Source: an uncultured archaeon (GTDB taxonomy: Archaea > Iainarchaeota > Iainarchaeia > Iainarchaeales > DATDZZ01). From it: a stretch of DNA of 32,000 nucleotides. The stretch spans positions 1 to 32,000 of the forward strand of contig CAYJVY010000010.1 in the NCBI GenBank assembly GCA_964373795.1, read 5' to 3'. Below the pieces are notes generated by a model. That model searched no databases, was not told where the DNA came from, and saw only the letters and a list, made by a program, of their open reading frames with translations. A program made the position numbers and the translations under genes. Of this stretch, positions 16,127 through 23,108 are shown piece by piece (position 1 is the first letter of the stretch; the number at the start of each line of letters is the position of its first letter).

Positions 16127-16975
16127 ATGAGTGAAATTTTTTTTGGAGCATCATTAATTGTGGCTTTTCTTGCAGGAGTAATTGCATTGTTTGCTCCTTG
16201 TTGTATTAGTTTTATGTTTCCTTCATATTTTGCTCATACATTTAAGCAAAAATCCAGGCTTGTTTTAATGACTTTTATTTTTGCTTTAGGTGTTGCAACA
16301 ATTTTTCTCCCCTTAGGTTTGGGGTTGTCTTTTCTTGTACAGCAAATAACTGAGTATCATCAATTGCTTTACGTTATTGGAGGAGTGTTCATGATTTTTT
16401 TAGGTTATTTGTCTTTTCAAGGAAAAAGTCTTTCTCTTCCAATAAAAATTGGTAAAGTGGATTTCAAGAACAGTAATGCTTTATCTATTTATTCCCTTGG
16501 ATTGTTTTCAGGGGTTGCAACTACTTGTTGTGCTCCTGTATTGTTTGGCGCTTTAACTGTTACTGCTTTGGCTCCATCGCTTTTCCAAGCATTTTTTATT
16601 AGTCTAGCTTATGTTTTCGGAATTGTTTTTCCTTTATTTTTAATGGCTTTGTTTTACGATGCATTGAATTTGAAGGAAAATAAATTAATTCAAGGAAAGA
16701 TTTTGCATTTTAATTTTTTTAATGCAAAATTTGAAATTCATTCCTCTAATTTAATTGCCGGAGTAATGTTTTTGTTAATGGGTTTTATTTCTATTCTTGG
16801 AAGCAGTTATAGTGGAATGCAAGTAACAGAGCAGCAAATTCAAACAAAGATTCTTATAACAACTGTTAATGATTTTGTTCTTTCTTTGGTTAAACCAGTT
16901 CCAGACATTGTTTTAATTCTTGTTTTTATTGTTATTTTTTTGTTTTTTATTTGGAGAGCAAAAAAAGGTGGTTAA
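16127..16975 (+). CDS. DsbD_2/CcdA-like transmembrane thiol-disulfide transporter (second copy)
   Basis: LFAPCCISFMFPSYF and TTCCAPVLFGAL lie in a polytopic membrane protein directly downstream of the redoxin. Confidence 0.7.
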   Translation: MSEIFFGASLIVAFLAGVIALFAPCCISFMFPSYFAHTFKQKSRLVLMTFIFALGVATIFLPLGLGLSFLVQQITEYHQLLYVIGGVFMIFLGYLSFQGKSLSLPIKIGKVDFKNSNALSIYSLGLFSGVATTCCAPVLFGALTVTALAPSLFQAFFISLAYVFGIVFPLFLMALFYDALNLKENKLIQGKILHFNFFNAKFEIHSSNLIAGVMFLLMGFISILGSSYSGMQVTEQQIQTKILITTVNDFVLSLVKPVPDIVLILVFIVIFLFFIWRAKKGG

Positions 16976-17188
16976 ATGTTTAATGTTGTAAAAAACTTGT
17001 GGAATAAAATTAGAGAAGATCATTTAATTATGATGGCTGTTTGCTGTGTTCTTCCAATTATTTTTATTGGCGTATTATTTTTGCTTGGAATTAAAAATGA
17101 ATTGTTTTATTTATTGGCTTTAATTGTTTGCATTGGTTCGCATGCTTTTATGATGCTTGGTTCAAAGGAGGGAAAGAAATGTCACTAG
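16976..17188 (+). CDS. Small two-TM protein, DUF2933-like (tentative), ending KKCH
   Basis: HLIMMAVCCVLP ... LLALIVCIGSHAFMMLG resembles the DUF2933 pattern seen in metal-resistance loci. The start directly abuts the upstream stop. Confidence 0.55.
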   Translation: MFNVVKNLWNKIREDHLIMMAVCCVLPIIFIGVLFLLGIKNELFYLLALIVCIGSHAFMMLGSKEGKKCH

Positions 17189-17280
17189 ATTTTGGAAAAG
17201 CCAAAACAATTGTTAAGTATTTTGTTGTTGCAATAGTAATAGTTGTTTCATATTTTGTAATGATTAAGATAATGCATTAA
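17179..17280 (+). CDS. 33-aa single-TM micro-protein (not in the ORF track)
   Basis: SD aaggaggg lies 7 nt upstream. It reads MSLDFGKAKTIVKYFVVAIVIVVSYFVMIKIMH and overlaps the upstream stop. Confidence 0.4.
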   Translation: MSLDFGKAKTIVKYFVVAIVIVVSYFVMIKIMH

Positions 17281-17337
17281 ATAATTGAAGAGAAAAATAG
17301 TTTAATTTGAAAGTATTAACTTGTATGGAGGAATTTT

Positions 17338-17451
17338 ATGAAAAAAGGTTGTTGCAAGGAGAAGAAATCTTCATCTAAAGAACAAGAAGATTGTTGTAAA
17401 GAGGAAAAAGAGTCTTCCAATGAATCTGGGAAAAGGTGTTGTTGTGAATAA
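17338..17451 (+). CDS. 37-aa Cys-rich, Lys/Glu-rich peptide (metallothionein-like; not in the ORF track)
   Basis: SD ggagga is followed by ATG. It reads MKKGCCKEKKSSSKEQEDCCKEEKESSNESGKRCCCE, with CC, CC and CCC clusters. Confidence 0.55.
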   Translation: MKKGCCKEKKSSSKEQEDCCKEEKESSNESGKRCCCE

Positions 17452-17989
17452 TTTTTTTGATAAAGTAGGAAGGCAGTTACTTGTTTTATTTTTTTTACTG
17501 ATTTTTGGTTTGACTGTTTTTGCTCATTCAGCTGAAGACTTTGTAGAAGGAAAAAAATTAATTGAATCAAAGTTTGATTGCAAGGATTTAACTGAGGATC
17601 AACTTAAATTAATTGGAGCGTATTTAATGGAGCAAATGCATCCAGGGGAAGCGCATGAGTTAATGGATAAAGTAATGGGTTTAGAAAATGATCCAGTATA
17701 TGATAAAAAATTTCATGCAAGTTTAGCAAGAACCTTATATTGCAATGAATCAGGAGTAATGCCAATGATGGGTTTGCGTTCAATGATGGGGTTTAGTAAT
17801 AATGGTTCTGGAATGATGGGCAACCTTGGACAAGGATTTGGAATGATGAATTCAACTACTGGTTTTAATATGCCTTTTTTTGGTTACTTTAATTTGTTTA
17901 ACGTTCTTTATTTGATTTTATTAATTGGAATAATTGCATTGGTTTATTTTGGAGTTTTTAAACTTCTTAATTCTAAAAAGAAAAAGTGA
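17420..17989 (+). CDS. Secreted, C-terminally anchored Met-rich protein (putative Cu(I) binder)
   Basis: Signal-like LLVLFFLLIFGLTVFAHSAED. The Met-rich tract is MPMMGLRSMMGFSNNGSGMMGNLGQGFGMMNS. There is a C-terminal TM helix. The start is ambiguous (ATG 17420 or GTG 17444) and overlaps the Cys-rich micro-ORF. Confidence 0.7.
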   Translation: MNLGKGVVVNNFFDKVGRQLLVLFFLLIFGLTVFAHSAEDFVEGKKLIESKFDCKDLTEDQLKLIGAYLMEQMHPGEAHELMDKVMGLENDPVYDKKFHASLARTLYCNESGVMPMMGLRSMMGFSNNGSGMMGNLGQGFGMMNSTTGFNMPFFGYFNLFNVLYLILLIGIIALVYFGVFKLLNSKKKK

Positions 17990-17999
17990 GGTGTTTGAT

Positions 18000-18269
18000 G
18001 TGTGTGAAAAAATAGGTTTAAAGTCTAGTCTTTTATCTGGAGGATTAACTGGATTGGCTTTGTATTTGCTTTGCGGAGCATTAATTTATTTACTTCCAGG
18101 GATTGCAATGAATCTTTTCACTTCAATGATTCACAGCTCTATTGCTTTACAAGTAAAGCCTTTCGAATTTACTGCATTAGTTTTAGGGGCAATAGTTGCA
18201 TTTGCTGTTGGAGCATTCATTGCAGGGGCATTTGCTTTCTTCTACAACTCCCTTGGATCAAAAAAATAA
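18000..18269 (+). CDS. Small multi-pass membrane protein
   Basis: Hydrophobic helices include GLALYLLCGALIYLLPG and LVLGAIVAFAVGAFIAGAFAFF. The GTG at 18000 lies 7 nt after gaggtg. The ORF opens at 17934 inside the upstream gene. Confidence 0.55.
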   Translation: MCEKIGLKSSLLSGGLTGLALYLLCGALIYLLPGIAMNLFTSMIHSSIALQVKPFEFTALVLGAIVAFAVGAFIAGAFAFFYNSLGSKK

Positions 18270-18311
18270 TGCATAATAGATTTGTGCAATAGTAAATGTT
18301 TTAAATTCTTT

Positions 18312-18329
18312 TATTCATATATATGAATA
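18312..18329. promoter_or_regulatory. Perfect 18-bp palindrome abutting the ArsR start codon (candidate ArsR/SmtB operator)
   Basis: TATTCATATATATGAATA (18312-18329) contains an ATTCA...TGAAT core. A TATA-like ttttaaat lies about 29 nt upstream of the ATG at 18331. Confidence 0.6.
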
Positions 18330-18330
18330 T

Positions 18331-18648
18331 ATGAATAAAGAGTTGCTTGAATTGCATGCTGGTTTGTGTAAAACCTTAGCTGATCCAAAGCGTTTAGAAT
18401 TGATTTACTTGCTTAGCAACAAGGAGAAATCTGTTTCTGAGTTAGTGAAATTGACTGGAATGCGTCAAGCTAATGTTTCACAGCACTTGGCTGTTTTAAA
18501 GCAGAAAAATATTGTTGCAAGCAGAAGAGAAGGTACACTGGTTTACTATTGTATTGCTTTTCCTAAAATGGTTAAAGCTTGCAATCTTATTAGAGAGGTT
18601 TTATTGCAGCAATCTGGCAAGAGAAAAAAAATATTGGAAAAGGAGTGA
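18331..18648 (+). CDS. ArsR/SmtB-family transcriptional repressor
   Basis: LADPKRLELIYLLSNKEKSVSELVKLTGMRQANVSQHLAVLKQKNIVASRREGTLVYY. Confidence 0.9.
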   Translation: MNKELLELHAGLCKTLADPKRLELIYLLSNKEKSVSELVKLTGMRQANVSQHLAVLKQKNIVASRREGTLVYYCIAFPKMVKACNLIREVLLQQSGKRKKILEKE

Positions 18649-18652
18649 TTTA

Positions 18653-18973
18653 ATGAAGATCGGAATTGTTCTTTCTTCTAGAGTTGAAGAGGTTGTGTGG
18701 AATGCTTTTCGTTTTGGTGTTCTTGCATTAAAATCAGGCCATGAAGTTAAAACCTTTTTAATCAATACAGGAGTTGAATTAGAAGAAATTTCCAGTGAAA
18801 AATTTAATGTCAATGAACAAGTAAATGGTTTTATTTCTTCTGGAGGAAAAATCTTGGCTTGTGGCACTTGTTTGAAGCACCGCGACAAAGAAGGAAGCAA
18901 TGTTTGCCCAATATCTACAATGAAGGACTTGCTTAAATTAGTTGAAGAATCAGACAGAATTCTTTCCTTTTGA
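18653..18973 (+). CDS. DsrE/DsrF-like family protein
   Basis: The ATG at 18653 follows the SD aggag. It reads MKIGIVLSS...VWNAFRFGVLALKSGHEVKTFLINTGVE...ILACGTCLKHR...DRILSF. The 5' part of track ORF 18512 is an out-of-gene extension. Confidence 0.75.
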   Translation: MKIGIVLSSRVEEVVWNAFRFGVLALKSGHEVKTFLINTGVELEEISSEKFNVNEQVNGFISSGGKILACGTCLKHRDKEGSNVCPISTMKDLLKLVEESDRILSF

Positions 18974-19201
18974 CTATTTGCAACAATTTTCTTTTTCCTT
19001 TTTGTTGTCTTTTTCTTCTATTTTGCATTCCTTGATTTCTTGAGCTAATATAATAATTGTTCCTATAACTAGCAGCAAACTTAGAATTCTAATTTCCCAT
19101 CCATTAAAGGGCAGAAAAGCAAGCTTCCAGTTAACCCAAGTAATGTAAGCAGTAAAGAACTGCTTATAGGGCAAGCAGAAGTAATTAATGTGCTTACTCA
19201 T
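18974..19201 (-). CDS. Small membrane protein ending in NCCK
   Basis: 75 aa with the TM helix ILSLLLVIGTIIILA and a charged tail EEKDNKKEKENCCK. No clear SD. Confidence 0.4.
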   Translation of the reverse strand: MSKHINYFCLPYKQFFTAYITWVNWKLAFLPFNGWEIRILSLLLVIGTIIILAQEIKECKIEEKDNKKEKENCCK

Positions 19202-19309
19202 GTAAACGAAGCAAAGATTCCTTCTTTTAATTTAAGTTTTCTTGTTTGCTTTAGTTTGAAGAAATACATGCTTAAAGCTAATCCGCTTTGCTAGGCTTTA
19301 TTTCCATAG

Positions 19310-19441
19310 TTAACTAAGTGCTTTTAGTAAAAGCTTCCGTGCTTGTGGTGATAAGTGCTTTAATTCTTTTGTACTGATGCAAATGCAGCAATCACATACA
19401 GGACAAATCCCTCCACTATAACACGGTTTTTTTGTTGTCAT
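19310..19441 (-). CDS. 43-aa Cys-rich peptide (not in the ORF track)
   Basis: SD GGAGG lies 6 nt upstream of the ATG (minus strand ttggaggaataatATG). It reads MTTKKPCYSGGICPVCDCCICISTKELKHLSPQARKLLLKALS, with six Cys in 16 residues. Confidence 0.5.
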   Translation of the reverse strand: MTTKKPCYSGGICPVCDCCICISTKELKHLSPQARKLLLKALS

Positions 19442-19457
19442 ATTATTCCTCCAAAAT

Positions 19458-19502
19458 TTAATAGTTTATTTAATATACTAATAGCGTTAATAGTTATTTA
19501 AT
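19458..19502. promoter_or_regulatory. Direct repeats in the divergent promoter between the Cys-rich micro-ORF and hxlR
   Basis: ttaatagtttatttaat (19458-19474) and ttaatagttatttaat (19487-19502) are repeats. A third taatag core lies at 19480. Confidence 0.4.
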
Positions 19503-19514
19503 GTAGGTGGTTTC

Positions 19515-19907
19515 ATGAGAGAAACTAGTTTACAATTAGTAACTAATAATCAAGATAATAATAAAGAATGTAGAATGAAAGGTAATGGTTATTGTCCAAA
19601 GCCACTCGAAAGAGTGGCTGTTTTTTTAATCAAAAAATGGACGCTAAGCATAATAGTAACAATTGGAAATTTTAATACTATTCGATTCAATGATTTGTTA
19701 AAAAGAATTGAAGGCATGACACAAAAAACTTTATCAGAAAGATTGCGAGAACTTGAAAAGCGCAATATTGTTGTGCGCCATGCTTTTTCTGAAAGGCCTC
19801 CAAGAGTTGAGTACTCCTTAACATCAAGTGGTCAGAAAATCATGAAAGCAGTTTTACCATTACTTAAACTAGCTGAATCAAATGCCTTACTAAATAAGGT
19901 GCAATGA
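19515..19907 (+). CDS. HxlR-family winged-helix transcriptional regulator
   Basis: CPKPLERVAVFLIKKWTLSIIVTI...RFNDLLKRIEGMTQKTLSERLRELEKRNIVVRHAFSERPPRVEYSLT. An alternative start is the internal Met of MKGNG. Confidence 0.85.
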   Translation: MRETSLQLVTNNQDNNKECRMKGNGYCPKPLERVAVFLIKKWTLSIIVTIGNFNTIRFNDLLKRIEGMTQKTLSERLRELEKRNIVVRHAFSERPPRVEYSLTSSGQKIMKAVLPLLKLAESNALLNKVQ

Positions 19908-20147
19908 CGAATTTGATGCGAACTTAGTTTTCTATATGATGTTTTTCCTTGCAGTCAATCCCATTTTTTATTTATTGCATACAAAGCAACAGCTATTGAT
20001 AGTAGCCCAAGAGCATTATTGCTAAAGCCACTAGAAAAGCAAACAAGTAAGAAATTGATGCCCATTATTTGCCTCTTTTTACACACCATTACAAGGCAAT
20101 ATAAAATTTTGTACTCCAACTGTATACAAATGCATAGTAAGAATTAA

Positions 20148-20906
20148 TTATACAGTAGATAGTTTTGAGTTGAGTTTGTTTAGCTTGTTTTTTGCAGTAT
20201 TTAAATGCTTTTCAGTTTTTTGTTTTCCTATTGCAAAATTGTCAGCGTTTTTTTCTTCTTGACTAAATAATGATTTCATTTCAGAGAACGCAAATATTGG
20301 GGAAATTTTTGTTAAAAAAAATCCCAAAGACTTTATTTTAGGGGTTTTTGTTTTTATGTGGTATACTTCATGCAATATCACTGATTCTAGTTCTTTTCTT
20401 GATAAAAGCTCTAACAAACCAACAGAAAAAAATATCTTTGCATGAATTGAAGTACTAGAAAACGCTTTTGGAGATATGTCATCTATTAAGAAGATTTTTG
20501 GCATTTTCATGCCTTCAATTCTTGTTATCTCTTTTATTTTTTCATACAAATCCCCTGAAACGACTTCAGTTGCTTTTAAAGAATACTGGTAAACAAGCGG
20601 GGCGACTATATAGCCTAAAATAATTGCCCCCAAAATTGAGACAGGTATTGCTGTCAAATAAGCTGAGGCCATGCATGCAAGAAATGAACCACACTTTAAT
20701 GAGAACAAAAAGTAAAGAACTGGGAACACTATTGCGAAAATGTGTGCGTAAATCCAAAAGGTTTTATTAGCTGTTTCTTTTTTCCTGATTTTCCAAAAGG
20801 ACACTCCTAAAAGTAGAAGAGATGTTCCAATTGTGAAAATCCCATCAATACTTGAAATGAATGCTGGAATGCATACAGTTGCCATACAAGTGAGATCGGT
20901 AAGCAT
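20148..20906 (-). CDS. Membrane M56/M48-type zinc metallopeptidase (BlaR1-like sensor-protease without a sensor domain)
   Basis: Several TM helices plus HEVYH (HExxH) in ESVILHEVYHIKTK. It lies directly downstream of a BlaI/CopY-like repressor. Confidence 0.75.
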   Translation of the reverse strand: MLTDLTCMATVCIPAFISSIDGIFTIGTSLLLLGVSFWKIRKKETANKTFWIYAHIFAIVFPVLYFLFSLKCGSFLACMASAYLTAIPVSILGAIILGYIVAPLVYQYSLKATEVVSGDLYEKIKEITRIEGMKMPKIFLIDDISPKAFSSTSIHAKIFFSVGLLELLSRKELESVILHEVYHIKTKTPKIKSLGFFLTKISPIFAFSEMKSLFSQEEKNADNFAIGKQKTEKHLNTAKNKLNKLNSKLSTV

Positions 20907-20909
20907 TTT

Positions 20910-21284
20910 TTAATCACTTTTTTCTCCAAATCTTTCATTAAAATATGCAATAGCTGTTGAACCAAATTTTTGAATCAATTTGTTGACACTTTTTTCTAAA
21001 ACCCTTTTTTCAAATTTTTCTGGACTGATTTTCAATACGTAAGCATATCTATAGCCACCTCTGCAGTTTTCGATCTCTCTTTCAGTGAGCCCTTTTTTAT
21101 GCAATCTATCCAAAAACACTGATACAGTAGTAGGGGAAACTATTTTTTTGTTCCTTTTAAGGGCTTGATGAATATCTTTAGAAATTGATTTACCTTTTTT
21201 TCCAAGTATATATAAAATAGCTAACTCCAAATCACTTAAAGCGTCTTTTAATTCATTCTTTATTATGAAACTCTCTCTAATCAT
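20910..21284 (-). CDS. BlaI/MecI/CopY-family transcriptional repressor
   Basis: LSDLELAILYILGKKGKSISKDIHQAL...TTVSVFLDRLHKKGLTEREI...YRYAYV. Confidence 0.8.
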   Translation of the reverse strand: MIRESFIIKNELKDALSDLELAILYILGKKGKSISKDIHQALKRNKKIVSPTTVSVFLDRLHKKGLTEREIENCRGGYRYAYVLKISPEKFEKRVLEKSVNKLIQKFGSTAIAYFNERFGEKSD

Positions 21285-21394
21285 GGCATAAATATATTTC
21301 CCTAAACCTTATATAAACATGTCGACTTACACCAATGATTAAGTTTTACAAAAAATGGTAAAGCTTTTAAATAAGTTAGCATTCAAATATAATA

Positions 21395-22840
21395 ATGGTT
21401 GGAACAAAGTATTGCTCTATTTGCGGCCTAAAATCAAAAAAAGGCTTTGAAAAATTTGGTGAAGGCTTTTGCTCAAAAAAACATGCAAATGAATTTGTTC
21501 TACAAACCAGAAAACAAAAACTTGCAAAAGCAAATAGTGGGCAGTCAAGGAAAAAAAGTATTAGTGGTTTTAGTAATTTTTTTACGCCGCTAGAAAATTC
21601 TATCAACATTTTGTTAAACGAGAAATATGCCAAAACTTTTTTTGTAGCTTTTTCTATTAGCCTGATTTTTTTTAGTTTCCTGAATGGATTGTTTCTAATT
21701 CCTTTTCTTGAAATAGGTTTTGGTAGAATGGCAGAAGTAACAGTTTTTGACTACCTTTATTTGACATTTTCTTCCATACTAATAGCTGTCCTTGTCAGCT
21801 TATTTTTTTACCAGAGAAATGAGTTAACAAAAACCTTTGATTCTGGAAACCTGGTTGGAACTGGCTCAACTTCTTTGGCAGGATTTCTTGCAGCAATTTG
21901 CCCTGTATGTCAGTCAGTATCACTTGCAGCTTTTGGTGCAACTGTATTAGCTATTCCTTTAGGTCCACTCATTCCAGTTCTTGGCTTTTTAAAATTTTTT
22001 GGACTAGGCTTGCTAGGGTTAAGCGTTTACATTGTTTCCAATAATATTTATAAAAAAACCTGCACAGCTTGTGCCCCAGAGTCACTGCTTGTGGAAAAAA
22101 AATTAAGCAATTCTTTTCTTGAAGAATTCTTCTTGAAAAACAATTGGGGATTTTCTTTGCTAGTTGTTTTTGGAGTCATTCTAGTATTAAATCAGTTTCT
22201 TTTAACCAATGCTTTTTCAGGATTTGCTCCACAACCAGGAACTGCTGCATTCTTGACTGCTACTAATGCTATAACAGTTGACGCAAAAAGCGAGTTAAAT
22301 TATGGGGCAAAAATTACTATAAAGCCAATGCCTTTAGCCGTGAATGAGGCATCTGCAATAGCTGGATACAAAACAAAAGTAAAATCATTGCCTACAATTA
22401 GTGAAATCGAGGTTACTCCTTCTACAGGTGATCTAACCCAAGATATTGCTAACAATGTAATACCTAAAGGAAAACCTTGGTATAGTGAAGAGACTGGAGG
22501 AATTAGTTTTGATGACGCAATAAAGGCTCAACAGCTTTGGGCTAGAGGAAGAGCAATTCAATTGAGTCCTGAAGAGCAAAAAAGATGGGACAAAATTGTA
22601 AATTCTTTTACCTGTGATTATTGTTGTGGAAGTCCACAAAACCCCACAATTATTACAAGATGTGGTTGCGCTCATTCGTATGCAGCACAAGGAATGGCGA
22701 AATGGTTTATAAAAAATTATGGTGACAAGTTCTCTGATGAAGAAATATATGGTGAAATGGCTAGATGGTATGCTTTATGGTATCCAGGGCCAACTGTTAA
22801 AAGAATTGTCCAAGAAATCCAATCACAGTCAAACATTTAA
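21395..22840 (+). CDS. Fusion protein: TRASH-like zinc ribbon, CPxC polytopic membrane domain and CxxCC...CGCAHS domain (module B, gene 1)
   Basis: The N-terminus has CSICGLKSKKGFEKFGEGFCSKKH. The membrane part has FLAAICPVCQSV and is paralogous to ORF 27037..27462. The C-terminal CDYCCG-x11-CGCAHS aligns with ORF 11934..12740. Confidence 0.8.
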   Translation: MVGTKYCSICGLKSKKGFEKFGEGFCSKKHANEFVLQTRKQKLAKANSGQSRKKSISGFSNFFTPLENSINILLNEKYAKTFFVAFSISLIFFSFLNGLFLIPFLEIGFGRMAEVTVFDYLYLTFSSILIAVLVSLFFYQRNELTKTFDSGNLVGTGSTSLAGFLAAICPVCQSVSLAAFGATVLAIPLGPLIPVLGFLKFFGLGLLGLSVYIVSNNIYKKTCTACAPESLLVEKKLSNSFLEEFFLKNNWGFSLLVVFGVILVLNQFLLTNAFSGFAPQPGTAAFLTATNAITVDAKSELNYGAKITIKPMPLAVNEASAIAGYKTKVKSLPTISEIEVTPSTGDLTQDIANNVIPKGKPWYSEETGGISFDDAIKAQQLWARGRAIQLSPEEQKRWDKIVNSFTCDYCCGSPQNPTIITRCGCAHSYAAQGMAKWFIKNYGDKFSDEEIYGEMARWYALWYPGPTVKRIVQEIQSQSNI

Positions 22841-22877
22841 TTCTAAAAAATGGTAAATAAAAAGGAGGGATTAAGTA

Positions 22878-23108
22878 ATGGCTTTGAAAACAGTATTGCT
22901 AGGCGCCTTGCTAGTAGTAATGGTTATAGTAGGATTGTTGCAAACAGTTCAAATACTTAACCTTAGCACTGCATTGAATTCAGGTGTTGGCTTGGTTACA
23001 GCAAAACCTGCTTCAATTAGTGTGGCTGGTGCAACAGCAAACAGTATAAAATCTACTGGTTCTGCAACTAGTTTGGATAACCTGCCTGGCATGGTTGGCG
23101 GATGTTGA
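22878..23108 (+). CDS. Small membrane-anchored protein ending in PGMVGGC (module B, gene 2)
   Basis: SD ggaggg, 76 aa, one TM helix, a Ser/Thr/Ala-rich linker and the C-terminal VGGC*. Confidence 0.75.
   Translation: MALKTVLLGALLVVMVIVGLLQTVQILNLSTALNSGVGLVTAKPASISVAGATANSIKSTGSATSLDNLPGMVGGC

Noticed and set aside
21285-21394. A CopY-type cop box (TACAnnTGTA) in the promoter shared by blaI/copY-like and module B.
   Set aside because: Only isolated TACA elements and a weak TTTAC-N8-GTAAA inverted repeat are present, with no match to the consensus. I therefore annotated no operator here.
23085-23108. Reading NLPGMVGGC as a sortase-type LPxTG-like or archaeosortase sorting signal.
   Set aside because: No hydrophobic segment or basic tail follows the motif, because the protein ends at the Cys. 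The anchor is N-terminal. The two module-A tails lack the LP residues. The shared element is only VGGC-COOH.
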